A stretch of 64,000 nt of DNA from Octopus sinensis (taxonomy: Eukaryota). The stretch is taken from positions 18,538,001 through 18,602,000 of the forward strand of contig NC_043001.1 of the NCBI RefSeq assembly GCF_006345805.1, read 5' to 3'. Shown here piece after piece: positions 27,027-40,297 of this stretch (within the stretch, counting starts at the first letter, position 1; every line of letters begins with the position of its first letter). A model generated the notes under the pieces. The model made no database searches and was not told where the DNA came from. It was given only the letters and a program-made list of their open reading frames with translations. Both the position numbers and the translations under genes were made by a program.

Positions 27027-27088
27027 AAATAAAAAATAATAATATAAAATAATAATAATAATAATAATGATAATAAATAATAATAATA

Positions 27089-27185
<97 letters not shown>
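26845..27185. repeat. (AAT)n microsatellite
   Basis: Direct inspection. Confidence 0.97.
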
Positions 27186-27186
<1 letters not shown>

Positions 27187-27414
27187 GAATAAATAAATAA
27201 ATAAAAATAATGAATTAATGAATTACTATTAAAAAGAATAGTTTCAAGTAATTTATTATTAGAAATTAAAAACATTTGGTTATAAAACTTAATAATTTAA
27301 CATTAATACTTTCGTAATTAAAATTTCTATTTGAATGTCGCATTTATAATATTTCAATAGCTTTATTGTAAATTTGAGAGAGAGAAGGGAGAGATAGAGA
27401 GATAAGGGAGAGAT

Positions 27415-27447
<33 letters not shown>

Positions 27448-27764
27448 AAGGGAGAGAATTAGAAAGATCTTAGTATCCTTCTTTTATTCTTTCACTTGTT
27501 TCAGTTATCACACTGTGGCCATGCTGGGGTACTACCCTGAAGGGTACAAATCGGTTTGTACCTTTTGTACCGTGAAGGGTTTAGTCGGACAAATTCGGTT
27601 CCTGTGCATATTATTTTTTTTTACGTCTGGCACTTATTCTTTCGGTATCTTTTGCAGAACTGTTAAGTTACGAGGACATCAGCAAACCAATCTTGGTTGT
27701 CAAGTGATGATGATGAGCACACAAAAACACGAAGACACACGCATATATATATATATATATATAT

Positions 27765-27834
<70 letters not shown>

Positions 27835-27897
27835 GGAGAGAATGACGAAAGGAGAGAACGAGAGACACATTAAAACTAGCTGGTGGTTAAGAAGCTA

Positions 27898-28191
27898 GTT
27901 GACCTCGGAGGAATTTGAACTCAGAACGTAACGGCAGACGAAATACCTATTTCTTTATTACCCACAAGGGGATAAACACAAAGACGACAAACAAGGACAG
28001 ACAAACGGATTAAGTCGATTATATCGACCCCAGTGCGTAACTGGTACTTATTTAATCGACCCCGAAAGGATGAAAGGCAAAGTTGACCTCGGCGGAATTT
28101 GAACTCAGAACGTAACGACAGACGAAATACCGCTAAGCATTTCGCCCGGCGTGCTAACGTTTCTGCCAGCTCACCCGCCTTAGCACTGAAC
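27898..28191 (-). mobile_element. SINE family A (one unit plus a partial unit)
   Basis: Same head and unit sequence as the other family A copies. Confidence 0.85.
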
Positions 28192-28264
28192 TATTTCTCC
28201 CATGTGAGGGAAACGAGAATAATGGGTAATTCTTTTCAGACTTCTTTATAGAACAACCAGTGTT

Positions 28265-29107
28265 AGAAAGCAACACACTTTCTAAAACACCATGCTTTAT
28301 AAGCATAAAAAACGTTAAAAGTAACATGCTTTATAAAGAATCATATTTTATAAAGCTTCGTAGTTTATAAAGTAAATGCTTCAAAACGTAACATTTTATA
28401 AAGCAGCCTATTTTGCAAAGTAACATACTTTACAAAACAACACACTTTATATGATAATATACTTTTTCAAACAAAACAAGTTATAAACATGTTTTATAAA
28501 GGATCGTGTTTTTTAAAAAGCTTCACCTATTATATAAAATCCGTTCTGTCTGTGTGTGTGTGTGTGTCTTCTAGGATCTCGGGTATCCTCCATCCGATTG
28601 CACTCAAATTTGATATGTAGATACCGACGGTATCAGGGTGTGTATAAGTCTTGAAAAAATTACAAAAATCGATTCCAGGTGAGAATGCGATCGATAAAAT
28701 GAATAAAATCGTTTTTATTTGGAATAGAAAAAAGTCTATCTTTATTTCTTCTTTTGCTGGTGTCTGAAATTTAGGTTAAATCGGTGTTTCTCAAAGGGGA
28801 TGCCTATGGGACGGTCGGACAAGTTGTTTTGAGGAAATTTGGTTTAAATGTTTGACATCACAGTACAGTCCATTGGGCGGGGGTCGTTTTGTTCGTCTTT
28901 TATAAAGCAACATGTTTTACAGACCAATGTACTTCATAAAGCTCCTTTCTGTATAAAGCAAGATACTTTACAAAGCTACACACTAAAAGAAAAAGCATAC
29001 TTTATGAAACAACAACGAATAACATACTTCATAAAGTAACACAATGCTTTACAAAGCATCATAGTTTATACGTATAGCAACATAATTTACTAAGCAATAT
29101 ACTTTAT
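28265..29107. repeat. Degenerate about 17-bp minisatellite (consensus about AAGCAACATACTTTATA), split by a Helitron-like insert
   Basis: Units such as aagtaacatgctttata, aagaatcatattttata, aagtaacatactttaca and aagcaagatactttaca at 28265-28500 and 28904-29107. Confidence 0.7.
28526..28897 (+). mobile_element. Degenerate Helitron-like element
   Basis: CTATTATATAAAATCCG...TCTGTCTG(TG)n start resembles the other Helitron 5' ends. The GC-rich decayed 3' end lacks an intact CTAG. It interrupts a 17-bp minisatellite. Confidence 0.45.
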
Positions 29108-30139
29108 AAGAAACGTTTTGGTTCCCACTTATTTTAGTTTTTTTCCTATGTTATTTGAATAAAAAGTAAAATGCTTCCAGCGTAGTGTCTTGTGAATTTT
29201 TTTGTAGCTCTCTTCCTCCTTTACAACTTTTATTTATCGTATTTGAAATGTGAATAAATGGTATCCCTTTCCAGATGTATGACGATAGAATGCCAAGTAC
29301 AAATAGAAAAAAAAAGAAGGAAGATAATTTGTTTGACAGCCTAATACAAAGCAGCAGAGTTTAAGAGGAACATACTTGATGCAATAATATATTTTATGAA
29401 ACATCATACTTTATTAGGAACTTACAAAAGCTTTTACATCTGTGTCTGTCATTTTTATTATTACTGAATGAGTCTCTTCATTGAATAAATTATAACTAGC
29501 CAATAAAATGAAGATATATGAATGGTTTCGTTTAACACGTGGATGCACACAATACCTAACAAAGATGTCTGACATCAAGCATCATCATTTTTCCAGAGAA
29601 AAAAGAAATATTCTGCTGTAGTTGCTTTCTACAGTTCTAATAATTTTACGAGTAATATATGAATGAATGAGGCGGTGAGCTGGCAAAGTCGTTAACAAGC
29701 CAGGCAAAATGTCTTTTTTTTTTGCTGTAATTTCATAAAAGAAATAATCTTAACTGGAAATGGAAACCTCTTCGCAGAAAGCCAACAGAAAACCCCCCAC
29801 GTTGCCTATTAAAAATCGCAGTTACATTTCTTCCTCAAGTCAAACCCTATTGTCTTAAGTACAAAAAGGATGTATTAGATTATATAATTCTACATAACCT
29901 TAAAAGAACAGGATAGCCAAGGCTGGAATGCTTCTGATTAAAGGCCCGATATTTGTTGTCTCTTTAATGGTCACTTTTTCACAAAAATTGTTTTATGAAG
30001 GGAAGCGTTCCAGTGATGGAGATGACAGTGCTTGGGCCTTTCTCACATCTGTGTTCTGTGCATTTTCATAAAATTCGAATAATGTAGTTTGAACCACAGT
30101 AATGGAAGACTCCATAAAAAGACAACAACATTGATGTCA

Positions 30140-30280
30140 CCAGTGACTGCCATGGTAGGCAAAGTGTTAATAGCACCACATGGTCCATTCAAGTAGTGAG
30201 TGAGTTGTATCCAGGTATGGGTGGCTTATCTGGTATTCCTTGAAGACATCTGTCCAGACTCCGTTTAAAGGTGATGTGAT
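30140..30280 (-). mobile_element. Diverged 3' fragment related to the 32440-37082 LINE
   Basis: Minus strand reads [23 protein letters not shown] and shares ctacttga.tgg.ccat and gtggtgctattaa with 36860-37012. Confidence 0.6.
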
Positions 30281-30289
30281 CCTTTTCCT

Positions 30290-30501
30290 CTTATATATAT
30301 ATGCATATATCTATCTATATATATATGTATGTATATGTATATATATGTTTATATATATGTATATACATATATATATATATATGTATGTATATGAATATAT
30401 ATATGTTTATATATATATGTATATACGTATATATATACGTTTATATATATGTATATACGTATATATATATGTTATATATATATATATATATGTATGTATA
30501 T

Positions 30502-30547
<46 letters not shown>

Positions 30548-30609
30548 ATGTTTATATATATATATATATGTATATGTTTTATATATATATATATATATAT
30601 GTATATGTT

Positions 30610-30642
<33 letters not shown>

Positions 30643-30672
30643 ATGTTATATATATATATATATGTATATGTT

Positions 30673-30703
<31 letters not shown>

Positions 30704-30743
30704 GTATATGTTTATATATATATATATATATATAGTATATGTT

Positions 30744-30777
<34 letters not shown>

Positions 30778-30834
30778 GTATATGTTTATATATATATATA
30801 TATAGATATATATATATATATATATGTATATGTT

Positions 30835-30865
<31 letters not shown>

Positions 30866-30976
30866 GTTTATATATATTAATATATATAGATTTTATATGT
30901 ATATGTTTATATATATATATATATAATATATATATTGTTTATATTATATATATATTATATGTTTATATATAGATAT

Positions 30977-31012
<36 letters not shown>

Positions 31013-31213
31013 TTTATATATATATATATATATGTTTATTATATTATATATATATATATATATATATGTTTATATATATATATATTGTTATATATATATA
31101 TATATATAATATATATGTATGTATATGTTTATATATATATATATATATAATTATATTATAATATATGTATGTATATGTTATATATACATATATATATATA
31201 TATGCATGTATAT

Positions 31214-31250
<37 letters not shown>
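30290..31250. repeat. (TA)n/(TATG) compound microsatellite, about 960 bp
   Basis: Direct inspection; recurring TATGTATATGTTTATA units. Confidence 0.97.
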
Positions 31251-31254
<4 letters not shown>

Positions 31255-31341
31255 AAATAATATGGGACAATTATTCGGTAGCCAAGATAAAACTCAGAGT
31301 TTTATCTTGGCTACCGAATAATTGTCCCTTATTATTTTACA
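31251..31341. repeat. Palindrome: 45-bp arms, 1-nt loop
   Basis: The inner 32 bp are perfect (31264-31295 / 31297-31328); one mismatch in the outer 13 bp. Confidence 0.97.
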
Positions 31342-32057
31342 ATAAATTTCTTCTATTTACATAATATTGAGGCCTCTTTCTTTCTTTTGTTATCTTACCG
31401 TTTTTACCAATATATATATATAAACAAAATTCAGGTTAGTTATAACATTTTTTTGACATATTACAACTGCAAAAAGGCAAATTCACTGCAGTTACCGTGG
31501 AAAAAAAAAAAAATTTCTCTTATGGTAGAAAGGTGTGAAAATACTGGGTTTGGATACATTTCGCAAAGATTACGCTCTTACAAGAATTCGGGCCAAGAAT
31601 TCTCTGGTGTGAGAAACTCCGCATTCATAGCAGCACTGAAAATAGTCACAAACGCTGTCTTCCTTGTCTGACTCAATAAAGAAATGATTGGTTGCTTGCA
31701 CACGCATTTACCATAAATTTCAGAGTATTTAATGTTCTACTTATAAATAATATCAACAGCATCCACTCAAATTTTATTAGAATACATTTTATATTCAAGC
31801 GATTTGGTTTAAAGTATCATTCACTCTCAAATAACATTGTTTTCTTAATTCAGTAGCTTTTTAGCATTGATTTACGCTTCTGTTTTATTCTATGCCTGTG
31901 TTAATTTTTCATTATTAGCGTAGTATTGTTTTCCTTCAAGCTCTTTACAGGTTACCGAGCTTAATTTTCAAATAGCAGTCGACAGCAGAGACACTTAATT
32001 ATACGTTTTTATATTTCAGTATAGGATAATACATACATACATACATACATACATACA

Positions 32058-32115
<58 letters not shown>

Positions 32116-32257
32116 GGAGAGTTTACGAAGAAAACAAAAGACGAAGACAGGTTGTGTACAAAACAAACAGATGTATTAGTATAACGCTCAGGAATAGAAA
32201 AAAGTCTTTTGCGTTTCGAATATATAAATATACATATATATATATAAATATACATAT

Positions 32258-32335
<78 letters not shown>

Positions 32336-32766
32336 GCTATATATATATATATACGCACATATATATATACATATATATATATATACACACATATATATAA
32401 TAATATATTATATATTTTTTTTTTTTTTTTTTTTTTTTTATTGTATGATTACTGTTGGAGTGGACGGACGTCTATTTGTTTCTCTCCCAAGTCAGTAGCA
32501 AGCTACACAGCTTCAAAACTAACTGACCTTAAATATATATATATTTGTAACCACGTGTTTGCCTACAAACCCGTAAGTACGTTTTCATTTAACTACAAAT
32601 TGTTATATACACCTGTTTTTCTTTTAATATCCTCAAACAACCAAATAATCAAAACTCACACACCCTTAAGAGAGAACATTTATATATATATACACTTCTT
32701 TAACTCCCAAGAAAGAATATATATATTTTCAAAAATCAAAAGGAAAACAAACAAAAGAAAACAAAC

Positions 32767-34000
32767 ATGACTAACTTGCAGGCCTGCAACAGACGAAATT
32801 GGTCTGATAACGAAATTGATGTTTTAATAAACACATGGCTCTCTCTTTCCCAAACAGAAAATCTAAATGTCTTGTGTTTGAATGAGATTGCCGAAAAAAC
32901 ATCACAAGTGGTCAACACACGATCCGTCAAACAGATTCGTAGCAAGTTGAAACATCGAAGTATCTTTCAACTGATAAGAGGTCATTATGAAAAGCTTCTA
33001 CATATTTTCACGTTCAAGAACAACAACAGCTAGAAAATCAGCAGCCACAACAACAACAACAACAGAATGAGCCACTCCTGGTTCCCAGCACAATGGCTGA
33101 CCCTGACATCGGTCAGGCGCAACAACAACAACAACAGCCACAGCAACAAGAACAACAGCCACTCCTCAACTCTAGCTTACTAGACGATTCACTAAATGCC
33201 AGTATCTTTTCACCGCTCTCACAGCAACCACCACAATTATCATCATCATCATCACCACCGCTGCCACCATCGTCTTCTATCACCAAAATACCAACAGAAA
33301 ACCAAATAAGAAACCACTGCCCTCTTCCCCCACATCACCACCTCAATACTACTGCAGTAACAAACTTAAAGAAACATAGGAAGCAGAATGCGCCCCCCAC
33401 GGCTCAAACAAGAAATCCCCAAATATGCCGCTATTCACTGCGCCAGAGACTCTGCACAAATAGTGACTGCATCTTCACGCATCTACCCGGCACTAGACGC
33501 ACTACCGGCCAAGGCCAAAGCACGCATCCCACAATAACATCAACACCACCAAATAGTAAATCGAAATTCAAAACACACACAACTCGGAGTCCCAAAATCT
33601 GCCGGTATTCCCAACGTGAGAGAACATGTCTACTGAGTGACTGTCCCTTCACTCATCTTCCAGGGACCCGACGCACAAACAGAAACGGGGCCTCAAGCCA
33701 ACACACAAACCTGAATACAATAAAATAGAAACACACCATGCTGCAGTAATGCTGGTCCAGTCTTTTCAGGAAGACACAAAAACAACAACAACAAAAGTGG
33801 AAACTACAACCCTATCCAACAGTGCAACCACACCTCCAGCCAAAACTGCTCCCTAAGCAGGAAAATTCTTTTTTAGCCATGTTGAACATGGCAAAAGAGA
33901 TACAAAAACAAAAACATTCTAGCCATCACTCACCCATCCTATGCTATTACCCCAGTGCACCAATTCCCCACATTGCTGCCACTAACACACACAAAAAATC
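32767..34000 (+). pseudogene. LINE ORF1 (frameshifted): Myb/SANT-like N-terminus, Q/P/S-rich linker, two C-x8-C-x4-C-x3-H fingers
   Basis: RRNWSDNEIDVLINTW...EIAEK...RSVKQIRSKLK at 32767-32960; CRYSLRQRLCTNSDCIFTH (33426-33482) and CRYSQRERTCLLSDCPFTH (33600-33656). The 3' end is approximate. Confidence 0.75.
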
Positions 34001-36980
34001 CAAGCCCCCTGCAACAGTCAAAACCAGCCACTACACTAACCTCCACATTCCTACTCAATGCACAAGGTGTCAGCCCTTCCATCAATGCACAAAAATGGAA
34101 GGTCCAATTCATTGAAGACTGGGTTGGTAACCATTCACACCACATCCCTTTCTTCATTCTCACTGAGACCCACCTTGACAACTCCCACTTGGAAGCCGAA
34201 GTGAGAGTGAAGAATTTCACAACCATCCGCGCGGATCGTATCGGTCGGCAGAGAAGGGTGGAACTGCCATTTTCCTGCATGATTCATTTACGGCAGATGG
34301 AAATAGTATATTCTCCAACGGCTACTGTGAATCAGTCACCGTGCACACACAGCCAATGACCTGACAGTAATTGGGCTCTATAGGCCGCCCCAAACACCCA
34401 TACTGTGCTTTAAAGAATGCCTCAACAGCATTAAGTGCTTTATTCAACAGTGCCATTCTAGCAACATACTCATGATGGGAGACTTCAATCTACCCTGTGT
34501 TGACTGGACTACAAACTGTTTGAAACCAAGCACTCCCGCCTCAACCGCTGACAAAGAAGCAGCAGAGTCACTTTTCGACTTTACGAATGAGTTTTTCTTG
34601 TCCCAACTTGTCCTTGCACCAACAAGACATCAGAACATTTTGGACCTAGTGTTTAGTAACCACACTAACACTATACATAACGTTACAGTGGAAAAAACCC
34701 TTCTTTCAGACCATGACATGGTTCTCTGTAACATGAAATTCCACCAGCCGAAAGCTAATCCTAGTGACCTTCCTCCAGCCCACCCATTTGACAACATGGA
34801 TCTCCATAAAGCCAACTGGGATGCAATCAGGAACGAGCTATCAAATGTTGACTGGTCCTTTACACATACACACATCTCCACCAACCATAAACATCTTGGC
34901 AGATCTTTGTAGACAACCGTCACAGACATATGTGCAAAACACTCCCCACCAAGACCTGTGAACAAAAAGTGCAGAATCCCCAAAACAGAAAAACCATTAT
35001 CAGAAAAATAAAAAGAACAAACAAAAAATTTAACAAACTAAAGTACTGCCAACAGCAACACACACATTCGACGGCTATCGCACTGCTTGAATCCAAAAAA
35101 TATAACCTCCAACAATGCATGAAGACCCTCATCAATAACCAAAGATCAGCTGAGGAGAAGTGGGCCATTGAAAAAATCAAACTCAACCCCAAAGTGTTCT
35201 TTTCATTTGCGAGAAACGCAGGGTCACTGTCTCCACTGTAGGCCCTCTAATTGACGAAACTGGCACTCTCCAATAATGCCAAATCCATGGCCGAGATACT
35301 GCAGAAACAATACTGCTCTGTTTTCAGCAATCCTGATATGGCCGATCTGGGCTGTATCAGTGATGTCACCTCCAACACACTATATCGGACATAACGTTTA
35401 GTGCCCCTGATGTCTTAGCGGCGATAAACGAAATAAAACACAATTCAGCAGTAGGCCCCGATAGGTTCCCTGCTTGTGTCCTGAAGGTGTGTCGACACCA
35501 ACTTGCATCTCCCCTTGCTAATCTGTGGAGAAACTCACTGGATGCTGGCTATATTCCAAAAAACCTTCTGTCCCAGTCTGTTGTCCCAGTTTTCAAAAAG
35601 GAAACAAGTCCCTTGCAGTGAATTACCGTCCGATCTCACTCACCCTCATATCATCAAGGTATTTGAGAGGGTGGTGAGATCTCGAATAACCCAATTTCTG
35701 GAAAGCACAGACGGCTGATCTCCAACCAACATGGTTCCGTAATGGAAGGGACTGCCTAACGCAGCTCCTGCATCACTTTGAGGACATTTTGAGAGCTTTG
35801 GGAGAGGGCTCCAACACCGATGTCATCTACCTTGATTTCAGTAAGGCCTTCGACAGGGTCGATCACAAGATCCTATTGAAAAAACTATCCAACATTGGTG
35901 TCTCTGGAAAGTTACTGAAATGGATTAAGTGTTTCCTGACAGACAGATCTCAACATGTTGTAGTTGAAGGGGTAAAATCAAGCAAGCCCAGCCAAAGTCA
36001 GTAGTGGCGTTCCGCAAGGCACTGTGCTGGGCCCACTTCTTTTCATCATTTACATTAATGACATTAATGACATCATCAAGCACAGCAACATAAAAATCTT
36101 TGCAGATGACTCCAAGCTACAGAAGGTCATAAATGAGGCGAGTGACCGGACATGCCTTCAGTCAGATCTACTGGCTGTTATCCAATGGGCAGAAAAAAAC
36201 AATATGCTGCTGAACGAGGATAAATTTGAGCTAATCCACTTTGGAAAAGAGGATGCCCTGAAACTCCCATACTCCCTTCCTTCAGGTGAAACTCTCGCGG
36301 CGTCCAACAACATCAGAGACTTGGGAGTAATTGTGGACAACAACGTAAGCTGGGCCACTCATATAAACACCAAAGTGACATGGCCCGCAGAATGTGTTCC
36401 TGGATTCTCAGAACTTTCCAGTCGAGAGATATCCACACCATTATCCTTCTCTTCTCCACTTTTGCCCGACCCCACCTTGAATACTGTTGTCCACTGTGGT
36501 CTCCCCACACAATACAAGGTATCATAAAAGTTGAAGCACCTCAAAGGGCAATCACAAAAAGATAGATGGCATGACAGGCCTCGACTATTGGGGTCGACTA
36601 GAAAAGCTAAAACTCTATTCTCTCCAACGTCGTCGTGAGCGCTACATCATCTGCATGATGTGGAAAATATTCCATCAGCATTGCCCAAATGATGTTGGCA
36701 TCACCTTTAAGGTACATCCAAGGCTTGGGCCCCGTGCCATCCGCCCAAAACAAAATCGCACTCTCATCTCATAACAACAATACGGCACAATTATTTCACC
36801 TCAATTGGCCCCGCTCTCTTTAACATTACACCAAAACATTAAAACAGAAACTGACCCTATAGGGTTCAAGAAGTCTTTGGACAGATTCCTTCAAGAAATC
36901 CCGGAAAACCCCCTACACCCCCGATATGTCTCTGTAAACAATAACTCTCTACTTGAGTGGGCCATAGTGCCCAAATTCTG
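33955..36980 (+). pseudogene. LINE ORF2: apurinic endonuclease + reverse transcriptase, split by many single-base frameshifts
   Basis: APE motifs LLNAQG, ILTETHL, GGTAIFLHD, IGLYRPP, MGDFNLP, ILDLVFSN, SDHDMV. RT motifs NYRPISL, DFSKAFDRVDH, GVPQGTVLGPLLF, YINDI, FADDSKL. Confidence 0.93.
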
Positions 36981-37879
36981 ACTTGAAAGACTTCACCAGG
37001 TGGTGCTATTAAGTTAGACATGGCCTGGGCCAATAATGGCCGAAACCTATCAAAGTATCAAAGTATCAAAGTATCAAAGTATATATATATATATACATAT
37101 ATACATATATATATACACACATATATATACATATATATATATACACATATATATATACATATTATATACATATATATATACATATATATATATATACATA
37201 TATACATATATATATAAATACATATATATATATATATACATACATATATAATATATAATATACATACATACATACATACATATATAATATATATATATAA
37301 TATATATACACATACATACATACATATATATATATATATATGTAATATATATGCACACACACCTACGTTAAGAACATTTCAACTTCATTTTATTACGAAA
37401 ACAAACCGTAAATATTAATGCCACAACGGAGTTTTTTCTCCCAGACGATAGCAACAATTCGAAAGCAATTTGCAAAAAGAATAAAACGAAAGAAAAAACT
37501 ACCGCAACAGTCAAACTGAAAATAAATAATTAATAAATTGAAGTCGTTTCCTAAATGTTTCTGTAACCATTGTAAGCAACTATTTCATGCTTTTCGAACA
37601 GACAGCTGCTAATCACTATGGAAATACCATTTATATGATAAGAATATATACAGGAGAAACATGCTGCTAATGAATTTAGACTTAATACTTAATGAAGAGG
37701 TGTATCGGGATTTTGTTTTTCCCTTATTAGAAAATGTAGGCTTTAAATATTCAGTAGTCAAGTTAGAGTTAACCCTCTGCCTGACCAAAGCATTTTCAAA
37801 AGTATGTCCTAGATGTTCATGCTTATTTTCAGACTCATGGCCCTTGTTTCAAGCATTTTGAGTCATATAAAGCTTTCCT

Positions 37880-38460
37880 AAGGCGTCGAGCTGGCGGAAA
37901 CGTTAGCACGCAGGACAAAATCCTTAGCGGTATTTCGTCTGCCGTTACGTTCTGAGTTCAAATTCCGCCGAGGTCGACTTTGCCTTTCATCCTTTCGGGC
38001 TCGATTAAATAAGTACCAGTCACACACTGGGGTCGATATAATCGACTTAATCCGTTTGTCTGTCCTTGTTTGTCCCCTCTGTGTTTAGCTCCTTGTGGCT
38101 AGTAAAGAAATAGGTATTTCGTCTGCCGTTACGTTCTGAGTTCAAATTCCGCCGAGGTCAACTTTGCCTTTTATCCTTTCGGGGTCGATAAATTAAGTAC
38201 CAGTTACGCACTGGGGTCGATGTAATCCAGTTAATCCCTTTATCTGTCCTTGTTTGCCCCCTCTATGTTTAGCCCTTGTGGGCAATAAAGAAATAAGAAG
38301 CGTTAGCACGCCGGGCGAAATGTCTAGCAGTATTTCGTCTTGTCTTTACTTTCTGAGTTCAAATTCCACTGAGATGGACTTTGCCTTCCAGTTACGTACT
38401 GGGGTCGATCTAATCGACTCGCCCTCTTCCCAAAAAATTCGGGCCTTGTGCTTAGAGTAC
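37880..38460 (+). mobile_element. SINE family A, two units followed by an older A-related copy
   Basis: Head at 37880, junction at 38113, terminal GGGCAATAAAGAAATAAG at about 38280-38297, then a diverged copy with a different 3' part. Confidence 0.85.
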
Positions 38461-38714
38461 TTTGGTGGTTGAAAAAGATGGGAACGTGTATCACATTTGA
38501 TCCTTAGACACCAGGGAAATATATCGCATGTGATACACAAGACAGGCAAACAGTTAATATGCTACATGTAGGGAATTATAAAAAGCTAACGAGAGGCTGA
38601 TACGAATAAAGACAGAAAGATGGATATAGGTATTTTAGTGTTATTTGGTCGATAAATAGGTATGTTAGTGTTAATGTTAATATATTTAGTGTCGGGATCG
38701 TTAAAATGTTAACT

Positions 38715-39028
38715 CCTCTTTCCTCTCCTCTTTACCGACCAGGCTATCAGATATTGTTACACATCGCTGGTCACATTGCGCTTCGCATTGTTTTAGCCTG
38801 CAAATGACGCCACCCCGCTGGCTAAGCGAGCAGGCCAACAGAAGAAAGAATGAGAGAAAGTTGTGGCGAAAGAGTACAGCAGGGATCGCCACAACTCCCT
38901 GCCGGAGCCTCGTGGAGTTTTAGGTGCTTTTGCTCAACAAGCACTCACAACGCCCGGTCTAGGAATCGAAACCGCGATCCTATGACCGCGAGTCCGCCGC
39001 CCTAACCACTGGGCCATCGCGCCTCCAC
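38715..39028 (-). mobile_element. SINE family C, tail type ii
   Basis: 12-bp TSD AAAATGTTAACT at 38703-38714 and 39029-39040. Confidence 0.9.
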
Positions 39029-40055
39029 AAAATGTTAACTAGAAATAATAATGCAGTGAAAAGAAAAAAAGGAAAACAAAATAATATAAATAAAAACTAA
39101 TATTATTTTGATTATTCCTGCAATTAAGGGACCCACCTCTAGGCATGTCATATCGTGGAGTTATCAGCGAAATCTAAACTTTGCTGTATTTGTTAAAGTA
39201 GTAATGAAACAATTCCTTTTGGCAATTACTAATCCGTTTTGCTTGTTTGCTATCATTCGATCTCTGTTATTCATATTTGTCCATGAATAGTAATTGTGGC
39301 CTTTCTCACTTTGATGAACTTCTTATTCCTTGAAAGTACTTTCTATCAGATACAAAGAGAATAGTTAATACGTAAACTGTTAACTGTAACCCTGTGACAG
39401 ACTACCGAAAACCTAAAGGAGATTGCCGACATGAAAACTAAATAAATATACAATTATGTACATTGTTTAGCGTTGGAAAAATTGTTTAGATACCCCAGAG
39501 TTGTCATCTGCAAGCACAAATCAGTTAAGTCAGTGTCAAACATATTTAATGTAGGGGTCATAAAAATGACTACAAATAATTATACGATAAAACTGAACAA
39601 AAAATCGTAGCATCTTGGTAGGGCCAACTTCCATTAGTAATAAACACACGCACTGGTTCTAAGTGAAAGAGAATCAGTGTGTGTGTTTATTATTGACATG
39701 ATGATCCTCCCGAGATACAACAAAATCTGTTTCAACTCGCGATTTCGCATGAAAAAGTTTTGAAACCAAATATATATATATAAAAGAACCAGCATTTGAC
39801 GACATAAATGTATTATGATGTATCATTGTCTATAATTGAGAGTAAATGGTGCAACAGCGCTGTAGAATTGGCGAGTGTTTCGCTAGCATGAAAAACTGGT
39901 TGCAAATCTTTAAACGAAGTCCATGGGTATGGCTAAAAAGTATGAAGACAGTGTCTATAGAGGTACTTCATCCAATTCTTGGATTACAGGACTCACCCAT
40001 CACCAACAGGAAAAAAAAATCCAATATACCCTTTAAGAAATCGAAGTCAACTTAC

Positions 40056-40297
40056 CGTCATCGTTTATAATGGTGACCATATTGATGGCGATTTTGCCCA
40101 AAACTACTCGCTCATTTTCAGCCGAGTCCGAATCCAGATAAAGTTTAATGTAGAAAAACTCATCTGGTTCCCAAACGTCATCATCAATGATCTCCACCTG
40201 AATCTCTTTCGAAGTCTCGTTCGGTTCAAAAACCACAGTATCTTTGATTGGTCTGTAGTCACTTTCGGATTCTGCCGTTCCATCACAAGTTTCCACT
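40056..40297 (-). CDS. NCX (SLC8A-like): Na+/Ca2+ exchanger internal exon (C-terminal half of CBD1)
   Basis: Acceptor tttttactgcAG (40299-40298), donor G|GTAAGT (40055). 242 nt, phase 2 to 1: VETCDGTAESESDYRPIKDTVVFEPNETSKEIQVEIIDDDVWEPDEFFYIKL...VTIINDD. Contains the DGTA..DY and IIDDD..E.DE Calx-beta motifs. Confidence 0.95.

Larger units (their letters stand above)
32440..37082 (+). mobile_element. Near-full-length CR1-type LINE (5'UTR, ORF1, ORF2, 3' tail), antisense to the host gene
   Basis: ORF1 followed by APE and RT segments, C-terminal LYSLQRRRER and GPALFN motifs, and a 3' (AAAGTATC)n tail at about 37050-37082. Embedded between TA-rich microsatellites. The 5' end is approximate and no TSD can be resolved. 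Confidence 0.9.

Noticed and set aside
30240-31364. YI/VC/HT-rich ORFs here and at 37036-37362, 57090-58050, 59936-60614
   Set aside because: Dinucleotide and tetranucleotide repeats.
32415-32439. 25-nt poly(T) at the LINE 5' boundary as the tail of a minus-strand retrocopy
   Set aside because: No TSD or identifiable retrocopy body; the adjoining sequence reads as the LINE 5'UTR.
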